A stretch of DNA of 64,000 nucleotides. Origin: Octopus sinensis. Taxonomy: Eukaryota. The stretch is from assembly GCF_006345805.1 (NCBI RefSeq), contig NC_043001.1:71300001-71364000 (forward strand), read 5' to 3'. Below the pieces are notes generated by a model. That model was not told where the DNA came from. It saw only the letters and a program-made list of their open reading frames with translations, and did no database searches. How positions within the stretch are numbered: position 1 is the first letter of the stretch; each line of letters opens with the position of its first letter. This document shows positions 1 through 11,800 of the stretch, one piece after another. The position numbers and the translations under genes are program-made.

Positions 1-989
1 ATCCGGGGCAACGATACTGTTGCTTGACGTACCAAAATTAGCCCCTAAATATCCACAGCCTACAATTTTTGAAGCATGAAGGTAATATTGAATAATGTGG
101 TACTTGATTTATTCTGCTACAAAATAAAACCGGATTGACATGGCCCAACCAGTTTCAATTAGAAGACTTCCTAATTCACCGTTGATCTGACATGAAATAG
201 CATCAACAAATTCTTCCACTGTGTGTTAGTAATATACTTGTCGAGTTGATACAGTAACCGGTTAGCCTCAAATTGTATAGAAAACACAGTGTTTAATTGG
301 TAAGGCCACTTTCCAGAATTCAGATTACACTTAGGTCAATCACTGCCAGAAGCAATAAATTTATAGAATTAAACTACAATGATATACTTCGGTAAAATTG
401 AATCAGTCAAGCGGGAATAATAAAGATTGAAGTGGCAAAGCGGAGAGACCTATTATTTGATATTGACTTTCAAATTTATAGATGGAGAAGTATCACCATG
501 GTTTCTTTTCTTCCGCACTAACCAAAAATAGCACCCAAATATCCTTCAAGTTACACATAAATATCTTGCATAGGGAGGATATTTTGAGCAAGGTAGTGAG
601 CCTCCAGCTTTTCACCTGTTTGATGAATAGCCATTAGCTTTCTCCTTGCTGCGCCACAAGAATTGGTTTGAGAAGGTCTAAGTAGCTGGTATACGATCTG
701 ATTATCCTTTCTATTGGTTCAAATTATCAGCCTTCTGATGGTCCACATGACCACCTACAACCGTGTGGTTCAAGAAGAATTCCAGTTCATGATGACAGAA
801 CTCATCGTTTTTCAATCGGAATTTAAATTATGAATAGTAATCTACTTTAATTCTGGAATCCCATTGGTATATTAAATTCTGGGTGTAAAATGCTGAACTC
901 CGCCAACAGGAAACTTTTGGTACTAGAGAAGTAACAAAAATTGCATTAAAAACAACTGTTTACTAACCTTCAGTATTGAATACTCATAT

Positions 990-1455
990 GTATGTGCGTG
1001 TGTGTGACTTTGTGTGTGAGTCTGTGTGTGTGAGTGACTCTGTGACTGTGTGTGACTCTGTATGTGTGACTCTGTGTGTGTGTAACTGTGAGTATGTGTG
1101 ACTCTGTTTGTGTGTGTGTATGTGTGTTTATGTGTGGTTCTCTATACATTAGAACAGAAATATGAACGAATGTGTATAAATGAATATGCTTTATATATGT
1201 ATGTGTATATGTATTTGCTTATGCTTTCACGTGCATGTTTATTTGTATTTATGTGTACGTTTATATACGCGTAATTTGTACATTTTATACCTTTGTGGCG
1301 GTATATGTATACATGCATACAAATATACATGTATGTGTATGTATGTGTGTATATATATATATATGATATACGCGTATATATACATATAAACACATATATA
1401 TGTAAGTATGTATGTGTGTATATGTACATACGTGTGGCGTATGTACATACACATT
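990..1455. repeat. Compound (TG)n/(TA)n/TATG microsatellite-rich tract
   Basis: Degenerate TG, TA and TATG runs are seen directly; the overlapping ORFs are Y/I/C/V/T/H-rich repeat translations. Confidence 0.9.
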
Positions 1456-2176
1456 CTCCGTTTTTTAAACTTTGACCTGGGTCACTCTGTCCCACGCTTC
1501 CTCCTTAACCACTTTCAGGATATAACCCCAAGTCAACATAGAATTCTTTTTATTTTACCTCTCTCTCTCACCAGTTGCAAATTTATCTTCTCTACCGTTT
1601 TATCACTCTCCCTATTTCTGCTCCCATAACAATTTATTCTGCGTTAAATCTTCTTTGCAGCGGTTCAACATAAGCGTAATTTATTATTCTACGTATGTCA
1701 TAGTACACAGCCTTAACAATATTTTACCTTCTATACAACTGCCTGAATTTATTGACTGATTAATGAATTTAACTTATGTGATCTTGTCAAGCACAATTAA
1801 ATCTCTTTTAGTACTTCTTTTGTTATTTTAATAACTCCATCTTCTTATAATTGCTTAGATACCCATCACCAAACCTTTCGAATATCTCTATATAGTTGGA
1901 TTCATAAATTTTGGACCCGTGTTTATTTAATTTACTAAGGCTATGACGAAAGCGTTTCATTATATAATCGATATCATATAATCGATATCACATTACTCAC
2001 TTCCATGTTATCCAACTTATATGACTTGTTATCCATGCGTTACTGAAACAGTTGTAAACTGTGGAATAGATGTGATACCTACAACTCCCATCTTCACTTG
2101 TTACACACAAAAATACATATATACATATACACACACACACACACGCACGCTTGCACACACATTTGCACACCCACCC

Positions 2177-2220
<44 letters not shown>

Positions 2221-2222
<2 letters not shown>

Positions 2223-3054
2223 GGGGCAAAAGTCACTATGCACTTCCTTTTTTCTATTTTGTTTCAGGTATCATTCGGAGAGATGTGAGGCCATCAGCAT
2301 TTGACACCTTAGACTTTGCAGTTTTTGTAAGTGTATCATTCCCTTGCTCATGGCTCGCCGATTGACGTTAATACAGCATTGCAAAATTGAAGCCTGGCAA
2401 CACGTTTTTCAGTCCCCTACTGCAGTTCATCGCAGGTTTGAGAAGGTTTATGGCCATCACACTGCTGCAACGTATAGCCTAATTTCTGCCAACCATAGCA
2501 CGTTTCTCGAAAGAGGATCTGCTCTTGACAAACTACGCAACAGAAAGCCTACTACTATCACCATTCATGAAAACACTGAATTTCTGAGGTAGGCGTTCGC
2601 GAAAAAGCCAGAGGAAGTTTATCAGGAGGACTACACTGGAACTTAGCATCAGCAAAAGCTCGATTCAGCAGATGCTTCGGAGGTTGTTCAAAGGCTTCAA
2701 GCGGAAGATTATGATGCTTATGAGGAAATGTATGAATCAGCCCTCGACCATTAACAAAACGACTCACAGTTCTTGGAAAACTTACGGTTCAGCGATGAGT
2801 CTATTTTTCATCTCTCTTGTAGGGTAAACCGACACAATTGTCGAATTTGGGGAAAATCAAAGCCAGCAGAAATTCTCGAATCTGAACGAGACTCTCCGAA
2901 GGTGGTGGTATGGTGTACCATGGGCAAGAGAATGATACACTTACAAGAACTGCAAAGACTAAGGTGTCAAATGCTGATGGCCTCACATCTCTCCGAATGA
3001 TACCTGAAACGAAATAGACAAAAGAAAGTGTATAGTGACATTGGGGCTACCCTG
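2221..3054 (+). mobile_element. Internally deleted Tc1/mariner element with ~135-bp terminal inverted repeats
   Basis: 2221-2353 is the reverse complement of 2918-3054, and TA follows the right end (3055-3056). The interior encodes broken transposase: MARRLTLIQHCKIEAW... and FSDESIFHLSCRVNRHNCRIWG...SPKVVVWC (first catalytic Asp region). Confidence 0.85.
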
Positions 3055-3474
3055 TATATATGGTGGTTAATACCGGTCAGGGAGTTACCAATAGTTTGGC
3101 ACTGATGATGTTGTTAGCGTAATAGGCGACGAGAAAGACAGACTGACAAGAAGCCATTTGTTTCCCTACTATTGGAGGCAGTCATATAATCATGGTCAGT
3201 CAAGTTTGGAAATAAATATCCCGAAGCAAAGTTCACATTTATTTAACCGGCAAACTCCTCACAAACTATTACTCAGAGTTTTACGTTCTCGTTTCACGAA
3301 CTGAAACGTGAAACTCTGAGTAACAGTTAGTGTAGACTTTAGCAGCTTTAATGAAAGCATATTACTGAACCTTCGGTAATCGAGTACTCTTTTCTACCTC
3401 ACTTTGCATTTATGTGCTTACCAGTTAATGTACGTGTGTGTATGTATATACATATGTGTGTGTGTGTGTGTATG

Positions 3475-3514
<40 letters not shown>

Positions 3515-4849
3515 CATTACTCCATGCTATATGTGAAGTAACGACGAAAATGGAAGGATAGCAGTTACAGGTCACATCTATTTTTCTGTGAAGTTTGTCA
3601 TTTCCGCTATAAGTAATCTATATTGCAAAAGTTTTATAACCAAAGGTATTATATGATATTACTGCCTTCCAAAATGTTGAGAAATCTTAATCAAAAGTTC
3701 CTTGAAACTTATAAAAGTTGGGTTAAATGTAGTAATTTCTTCGAATCATGCAATAACTATCAGCATTGTATGGTCCGCTATATCTAGGGTAAGGTGTCAA
3801 CCACCTGCTTGCATTTTGACTATCTTGCGATAATGGATATATAAAAATAAAATGTCATCCGCAAAATTGAAACTCGGATGTCCATTAAAGATAATTAAGA
3901 AGGCATAATAAAATTGCAATTAGAAGCAATGTTCCAACATTACCTTATCTGTTAGGTTTGTAAAGAACTAACGAAATAAATATCTATATCAAAAGTTTCT
4001 TCTCTTCATTATCAGAAATGTTTTCCTGCGCTAATGGATGTTTTTCAGTTGTTTACCGTTTAGTGCTTGCTTTTAAAATTGTAGAGAAATGCTTAAATAT
4101 GCTTGTAAATATATGCGCTGACTACAGCCGTTATTCACAAGAAAGTAACATCATTTGTAGCGTACACCATGTTTTCGCTAAAGGGTCGGATGCCCATGAT
4201 ATTGCGACCATTTAATCACATCTTTAACCAGCGGAATATAAGAGATATGACAGCTGTAAGCAAGCGTGTACACCGCACCAGACCGTGGCTTGTGATCATT
4301 TAAGCCAAGTTATCTGAAGCAGTGTGTAATGAAGTTTCTAGCTCCATCCTTAAATCGACTCTACGCCTTTATGATCGGGATGGCCATCCTTAACAGCATA
4401 TCACACGACTTTACTGTTATATAGATAAGGCTATATGCAGAGATGCATGTGAAGGCTTCTATGAATACACACATGTATCATATATGTAAGTGTTGCAAAG
4501 TATATTAAAATATATTTCAAATAAAGCAAACCTCGGTATAATACGTGTGTGTGTGCGTGCGTGCGCGCACGTTTAGGAAAGGACTTCCATTTGTTTGTTT
4601 TTAAAAGCCTTCAATATAAAAGTTAATTGATGCAATGATACGGGGCTACCGTAACCCTCTTACATATTAAGTAATCAGATTTAAATACCGCTTTCTGGTG
4701 TGAAGCTTTTAACCATAATGAATTTTCTAGCCATCGTAAAGCAATGGTAATCACATATGGCGCCTGACCAACAATATATATATACGTATATGTGTAAATA
4801 TATGTATATATATTAACTTCTGTTTTTATGTAAAGCTATATATATATAT

Positions 4850-4891
<42 letters not shown>

Positions 4892-4895
4892 ATAT

Positions 4896-4986
<91 letters not shown>

Positions 4987-4988
4987 TT

Positions 4989-5141
4989 ACGACGTTAAAC
5001 TGAATTCAAGAATCAATACCTTTCAGTAGTATGTTATATCACTTTCCTTTCCCAGGGGAAAGGCTGATAGTTACTTCGAAGCTTCACCTTCGTAGCCGTC
5101 AGTAGATAGTATAAACCGGAACTCATATATATATATATGTA

Positions 5142-5186
<45 letters not shown>

Positions 5187-5867
5187 ATATGTTTGTCTAA
5201 ATGCATGTGTATAAATTTAACTCTGTATGTATTTATGTTTTTACGTATCCATGCGTAAGGAGCAGCTTTTGATTTAGACATGACATATTTGAAACACGAC
5301 TCTGACCTAAGTTGCTTTTTTTTCATATCTACATCTACGCCTTCACTTCTTTTAACAGAAAGAAGTTCCCAAATACTTAGTGGGTTGTTGATGTCTGCAA
5401 TGCCCCATCAATAATTGGCCACTTTGTTGATTCAGAATCTGCCAGAATTTTTCTGTTGGGATGTTAGAGTTTCACATCATTAGTATCGTATTTTGGCCGT
5501 TAGAATTACCTAACATCAGTGTCCTAATGAATTACACTTCCTCGCTCCCTTTACTCAATGTTAAAACATAATCCCAGAGAAATCAACGCTGATGAGATTT
5601 ACACTATAACTTGCTTTGTCCAAATAAAATATCTTTGTCACTCTACTTTTCCTGTCAATATACTACTCGCCCCGGCGTTATTTCGTAAATTCAAAAATGA
5701 TCCTGAAACTGAAAAATTACTGTTATTTTGATATTTCATTACTAGACTAAATATAGTATTCATATGTGTGTATGTGTGTGTGTGTGTATGCATGTATATA
5801 TGTATGTATATATAAATATACATACAAGCATACATACGTATATATATATATATAGGTGGATAGATAT

Positions 5868-5963
<96 letters not shown>

Positions 5964-6211
5964 GTAGATAGATATGTATGTATGTATGTATATACGAATA
6001 TTATGAATTTCCAATAATTAATAAGATTGAGATATTATTATTCAGTTGCAGTAATTACCAAAATCTGATAAATAGGCAATTATCTTACTCACTGAATCTA
6101 ATTTAGGTTAATTTATGGCTGAGAAAGCTTGAATACGTCGAATTAATACGAAAATTTTCGCAAGGAAAGGATGCGGAAATTCACCGACATATGAAACTGA
6201 TCCAGTGGTGA

Positions 6212-6278
<67 letters not shown>

Positions 6279-6456
6279 TTACGACGTTAAACTGAATTCA
6301 AGAATCAATACCTTTCAGTAGTATGTTATATCACTTTCCTTTCCCAGGGGAAAGGCTGATAGTTACTTCGAAGCTTCACCTTCGTAGCCGTCAGTAGATA
6401 GTATAAACCGGAACTCATATATATATATGTATGTATGTGTGTGTGTGTGTGTGTGT

Positions 6457-6489
<33 letters not shown>

Positions 6490-7186
6490 ATATGTTTGTC
6501 TAAATGCATGTGTATAAATTTAACTCTGTATGTATTTATGTTTTTACGTATCCATGCGTAAGGAGCAGCTTTTGATTTAGACATGACATATTTGAAACAC
6601 GACTCTGACCTAAGTTGCTTTTTTTTCATATCTACATCTACGCCTTCACTTCTTTTAACAGAAAGAAGTTCCCAAATACTTAGTGGGTTGTTGATGTCTG
6701 CAATGCCCCATCAATAATTGGCCACTTTGTTGATTCAGAATCTGCCAGAATTTTTCTGTTGGGATGTTAGAGTTTCACATCATTAGTATCGTATTTTGGC
6801 CGTTAGAATTACCTAACATCAGTGTCCTAATGAATTACACTTCCTCGCTCCCTTTACTCAATGTTAAAACATAATCCCAGAGAAATCAACGCTGATGAGA
6901 TTTACACTATAACTTGCTTTGTCCAAATAAAATATCTTTGTCACTCTACTTTTCCTGTCAATATACTACTCGCCCCGGCGTTATTTCGTAAATTCAAAAA
7001 TGATCCTGAAACTGAAAAATTACTGTTATTTTGATATTTCATTACTAGACTAAATATAGTATTCATATGTGTGTATGTGTGTGTGTGTGTATGCATGTAT
7101 ATATGTATGTATATATAAATATACATACAAGCATACATACGTATATATATATATAGGTGGATAGATATATAGATAGATAGATAGAT

Positions 7187-7274
<88 letters not shown>

Positions 7275-7522
7275 GTAGATAGATATGTATGTATGTATGT
7301 ATATACGAATATTATGAATTTCCAATAATTAATAAGATTGAGATATTATTATTCAGTTTGCAGTAATTACCAAAATCTGATAAATAGGCAATTATCTTAC
7401 TCACTGAATCTAATTTAGGTTAATTTATGGCTGAGAAAGCTTGAATACGTCGAATTAATACGAAAATTTTCGCAAGGAAAGGATGCGGAAATTCACCGAC
7501 ATATGAAACTGATCCAGTGGTG
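4989..7522. repeat. Near-identical ~1.29-kb tandem duplication (4989-6210 and 6281-7522)
   Basis: Duplicated ORFs appear in the track (5123/6363, 5638/6941). I saw differences only within the microsatellite tracts plus one extra T (cagttgcag vs cagtttgcag). Confidence 0.95.
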
Positions 7523-8465
7523 AATATATATTATATATGACAGAGGAAAATACACCAGAATGCAGTCAAGTCTATAAAAAGTTTCTGAGAGAAAAACCGC
7601 GGTCACAAATATGAAATTTATCTTGATAAAAATGTGGTACAGTTCGTCATCGCCGGGACATACGGAGAAATAGAAAAAAAGGCACTATGGACACAGACTT
7701 TCTCTACCCTTGTCAGTTATCGAATGAACATTATCGTTATTGACTCACGATATGGAATCAAGGCAGGATTGCATTAGCGAATGATAGTTATTGTATTGAA
7801 ACTCGTATAAAACAGGAAACCTATGATAAAGGAAAGATACATAGTATTCCACTAACAGAGCTTAATTAAGTATTCGCTTCAAATTTTGGTACAAGATCAG
7901 AAAGTTCGAAGGTTGGGATAAGTCGATTGGCACTTATTTTATTAACCTCGAAAGGAGGAAAGGGACAGTCGACCTTGAAGACGGATGAAATGCCGTTAAC
8001 CATTTTGAAAGCTTCCAAAGCACTTAGTTAAATATTGAAACAATTGTTTGTAATTTAGGATCAAATGTAAAATTCTGAGACAAGAAAACTAGTTGACTTA
8101 TATTGACCTCAATATTTGAATGGTACTTTGTGTTATCGATCCCTAAACGATAGAGGACGAAGTTAATTTCGATTTGAACTCACAGAGTAAAGTATAGGAT
8201 TAAATATTCAAAGTCAGTTTAACCTATCGTTAGTTTTAGCGATTCTACCAGCCCACTATCTTTCAATTTGGTACAATACCTATAAATTTGAGATGAGAGG
8301 CCAACATTATCACATCCCCAATAGTTCGTGACTTATTTTATCGATCGCAAAAGGATAAGTGGTTAGCCTCGGTGAGATTGGAGATAAGAATGTAAAGATT
8401 CGTTAAAAAAGTACAAGTCAATTTGTCCTCAGCTCTAAAAATTCTGTTAATTTCCTACTCTTTTA

Positions 8466-8470
8466 TAGTA

Positions 8471-8540
<70 letters not shown>

Positions 8541-8594
8541 TGATGATGATGATGATAATAATAACGATGATAATAGTAATAATAATAATAATAA

Positions 8595-8659
<65 letters not shown>

Positions 8660-8665
8660 TAATAA
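8466..8665. repeat. Compound (TAA)n(TGA)n(TAG)n trinucleotide microsatellite
   Basis: Seen directly. Confidence 0.95.
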
Positions 8666-8667
8666 AT

Positions 8668-8886
8668 GCCCTGGTGCGGTACTAGACTGGCTATGCCCTG
8701 ATGCAGTGCCAGACAGTGGCCACACCCTGATGCAGTACTAGACAGTGGCTCTCATGGCTCCTGGTCTTAACTGATTGGAGATGTTATCATGTACATGGTT
8801 TTGTTTTGGTATAAAAGATGGGCTACAGCAAATATTCTGCTTAATACCACAGATTTGCATGTCAGTTGTTTGACCTTAACCAGTTG
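8668..8886. repeat. Probable dispersed repeat abutting the TAA/TAG array; starts with three degenerate 27-29-bp tandem units
   Basis: Units GCCCTG(A/G)TGC(A/G)GT...AGAC..TGGC lie at 8668, 8695 and 8724. The position against a trinucleotide array suggests a TAA-targeting retroelement end (inference). Confidence 0.35.
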
Positions 8887-8894
8887 ACCGTTCT

Positions 8895-9169
8895 GTAATA
8901 AAACACAGACATTTAAATGGATAAGGTTTTTTTCTAAGGATCTTCTGGATTCTCTGAGACATGGTTCTCTTGGGATTTTCTACAAGTTTCTGGCATCTTC
9001 TGGATTCTCTGAGACATGGTTCTCTTGGGATTATCTACAAGTTTCTGGCATCCCTTTTTTTTATGATACTTAGGGCAACTACAACAACAGGAAAAGTTTT
9101 CGTTTTATATTTCAATTTACAGGTCCTTATATTTACTTAGCTTGTCAAATTCCTTGACAGATATATCTT
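8895..9169 (-). repeat. Inverted local copy of LINE segment 11448-11667 with an internal 55-bp tandem duplication
   Basis: Near-identical reverse complement of 11448-11667; 8941-8995 is repeated at 8996-9050. Confidence 0.9.
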
Positions 9170-10080
9170 GACAGTTCTGGCAGTTTTCGTCGCTTCAGTT
9201 CCCTCCACGATAATGCATCGCAGAAGCCACCAAATATCTAGTCTTGGTGGAATTCTAGGGAAGCAGACATGAGCTGTACGTTTCTCCAAGTGGGAGGGGT
9301 TCACGATGACTTTGTTGGTTTTGTAGGGGGTTATTGAATGATTCATAGCGAGGGTTTCTGACTTAAACAGTACTGAAAGGGTGTCGTATTGTTTGCCCCT
9401 CGCTATGTACTTGATGTCATTTCTGATGCAGCTTAGCGCCGCCTCACTATCCACTTGCGCTATCAAAACCACTCTTTTCGTACCAGCTGAGATGCATCTG
9501 AAAGGCACTGTTCTTCTGCCCACTGCTTCAATTGCCTTTGATGGGACCATCAGATTTTTCCCAATTCTTCTCTTGTTTCGGAAGTTTCCATGGCAGTGGT
9601 AGCTTCTGCTCCCTATTTGTGAGTTCTACGCTAAAGCGGTGTTTGGTCTTCGCTGCAGCTACTGCGAATTTTTTTTTTTGTTATTGTTATTGGTAGTGTT
9701 CTCGTTATTGTTTTTGTTGTTATTGTTATTGCTATTGCTGCCGTTGCTGTTGTTGTCGTTGTTCTTATCGATGTTGTTGTTGTTACTGCCGTTTCTGCCT
9801 TTTTCGTGCTTGTTGTTGCTGTCACTACTATTAGTGCTGCGACTGATGTCACTGTTGCGGCTGCTGCTGTTGTCATTTCTACCACTGTTAATGTTTCTGC
9901 CACTATTGTTGTTACTGTTAGTTGAACTTTGTACAATGACAGCCTTCTTTTTCTCCTCATCCTCTTCCCCTGTATTGCTGCCCGTGACGAAGGGAATGGG
10001 GGGGGGAGTCTTCACTCATTATCATACTGGTGGGAGGGGTTGTTTTGTTTCTTCTCAACTCTTTCAAAACGCGCTCCACC
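9170..10080 (-). pseudogene. Degenerate retroelement ORF1/gag-like coding remnant with low-complexity N-terminal region
   Basis: ORF 9137..9550 aligns without gaps to the CCHC-bearing ORF at ~39.8-40.8 kb (IKYIARGKQYDTLSVLF vs VKFISRSVQYTAVWLLF, plus conserved A-x-N, P, P, PP, W spacing). The upstream 9631-10015 region is a T/N/S-rich low-complexity stretch. Confidence 0.55.
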
Positions 10081-10339
10081 ATCTTGCTGAGTTGTATTTC
10101 ATTCGATAAAATTTAACGCCCACCGATGTTATTTGGTAGACCGAAAATTGTACCCCTGGGAGATACACAACCATAAAAAACCAGTAATATGCTCTGGTGT
10201 TTCTATTCACAAATAGGAATAAAATAATTATTGACAAAGGACAACAGTCCTGGGGCAAAGAAATATTTTGAGCTGGACTTACTTGGAGCGTTTGAAAACA
10301 CGCCCAATGTGTTCCGTAGCAAATATAATAATCCTTTCT

Positions 10340-10605
10340 ATTATAGGCACAAGGTCTGAAATTTTGAGGGAGGGGATGAGTCGATTACATCGACCCCAGT
10401 GCATAACTGGTACATAGTTTATAGACCCCAGTGCATAACTGGTACATAGTTTATCGACCCCAGTACATAACTGGTTCATAGTTTATCGACCACGAAAGAA
10501 TCTAAGGCAAAGTCGACCTCGGTGGCATTTGAACTCAGAACGTGAAACAGACTAAATATCGCTACGCATTTCATCCATCTTGCTAACGAGTCTACGAGCT
10601 TGCCT
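10340..10605 (-). mobile_element. tRNA-derived SINE family A with an internal 32-bp unit triplicated
   Basis: Matches the reverse complement of the GGCGAGCTGGCAGAA...GTTCAAAT..GAGGTCGACTTTGCC family; units lie at 10389, 10421 and 10453. Confidence 0.75.
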
Positions 10606-10610
10606 CCTTA

Positions 10611-10691
<81 letters not shown>

Positions 10692-10756
10692 TAATAATAA
10701 TGATGATGATGATGATGAACATGATAATAATAATAATAATAACAACAACAACAATA
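10611..10756. repeat. (TAA)n/(TGA)n/(CAA)n microsatellite
   Basis: Seen directly. Confidence 0.95.
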
Positions 10757-10985
10757 ATAAGCAAAAGAAAGCAGAAAGAAAGCAAACGATGTTGGATCGT
10801 AGATATAGCATGCCCAGCTGACAACAAGTTGGGCGATAAGGACGAAAGAGAAGTTGATAGATATGACAGTAACCTTGGGAAGTTAAGCAGTTGTGGTCGA
10901 TGAAAAAGGTGGTCGATGAACCCTGGGAACATCGAGTTAAAATCTTGGTAGTGAACATCTGGCACCGTTAGAAGCTGTTCAAAGA
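10757..10985 (+). mobile_element. Fragment of restriction-like endonuclease (REL) domain of an R4/Dong-type non-LTR retrotransposon
   Basis: Translates as ...RCWIVDIACPADNKLGDKDEREVDRYDSNL..., resembling the REL motif IxDIAxPxD...KExEKxxKY; embedded between (TAA)n arrays. Confidence 0.7.
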
Positions 10986-10997
10986 CAATAAGTAGTA

Positions 10998-11069
<72 letters not shown>

Positions 11070-11088
11070 GTAATAATAATAATAATAA

Positions 11089-11800
11089 ACTACCAAAACT
11101 ATCAGGCTAATGTTCCTCAAAACGGTTCTGAGCCTAAATGCAGATTCTGCAATATATTTGATGAAACAATAGACCATCTCGTCTCGCGATGTCCTGTGCT
11201 GACACTAAACGAATATAAAAATCACCACGATAGGGTAGGACAGTATTTACATTGGAAAATACGTAAACACCACAAAATCAGCACTCCTACTTACTGGTAC
11301 GAACATCGTCCTGAGCCAGTCGTTGAAGGTAGAAATGCTACTATTCTCTGGGATCATGGCAGCACGATCCAGGTTAATCAACCAGACATAATCAAAGACA
11401 AGGAAGAAATAATTATACACTGATAGATGTAAGTGCTCTCACTGATAAAGATATATCTGTCAAGGAATTTGACAAACTAAGTAAATATAAGGACCTGTAA
11501 ATTGAAATATAAAACGAAAACTTTTCCTGTTGTTGTAGTTGCCCTAAGTATCATAAAAAAAGGGATGCCAGAAACTTGTAGATAATATCCCAAGAGAACC
11601 ATGTCTCAGAGAATCCAGAAGATCCTTAGAAAAAAACCTTATCCATTTAAATGTCTGTGTTTTATTACACGAAGATATTTCACTTCCTCCTCTCCCCAAG
11701 CTTTCAGTCATATTGTAACATCTCTTAACCTTCACTCAGGTTCAGGACGCTGGGTGTGTCTCGGCAAGTGACTGCAACAAAGGATTAACAACAATAATAA
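11089..11800 (+). mobile_element. 5'-truncated R4/Dong-type (R2 group) LINE 3' end: CCHC knuckle plus REL endonuclease, decayed
   Basis: Reads CRFCNIFDETIDHLVSRC...HHDRVGQYLHWKI...WYEHRPEPVVE...ILWD...NQPDII...IDVS...DISVKEFDKLSKYKDL, with stops and deletions. It starts immediately after a (TAA)n array (10990-11088) and ends in AACAATAATAA. Confidence 0.85.

Noticed and set aside
1-960. Microsatellite-free stretch with stop-poor minus-strand frames (e.g. VEEFVDAISCQINGELGSLLIETGW...)
   Set aside because: Every frame is interrupted and I recognise no domain. The ATCCGGGG start shared with ~59839 is too short to support a family call.
1142-1495. The many YI/CV/TH/IYLS/poly-I/poly-L/poly-Y ORFs in the track, here and throughout the window
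   Set aside because: They are translations of TA, TG, TAGA, TAA and TTG microsatellites, which lack stops in some frames.
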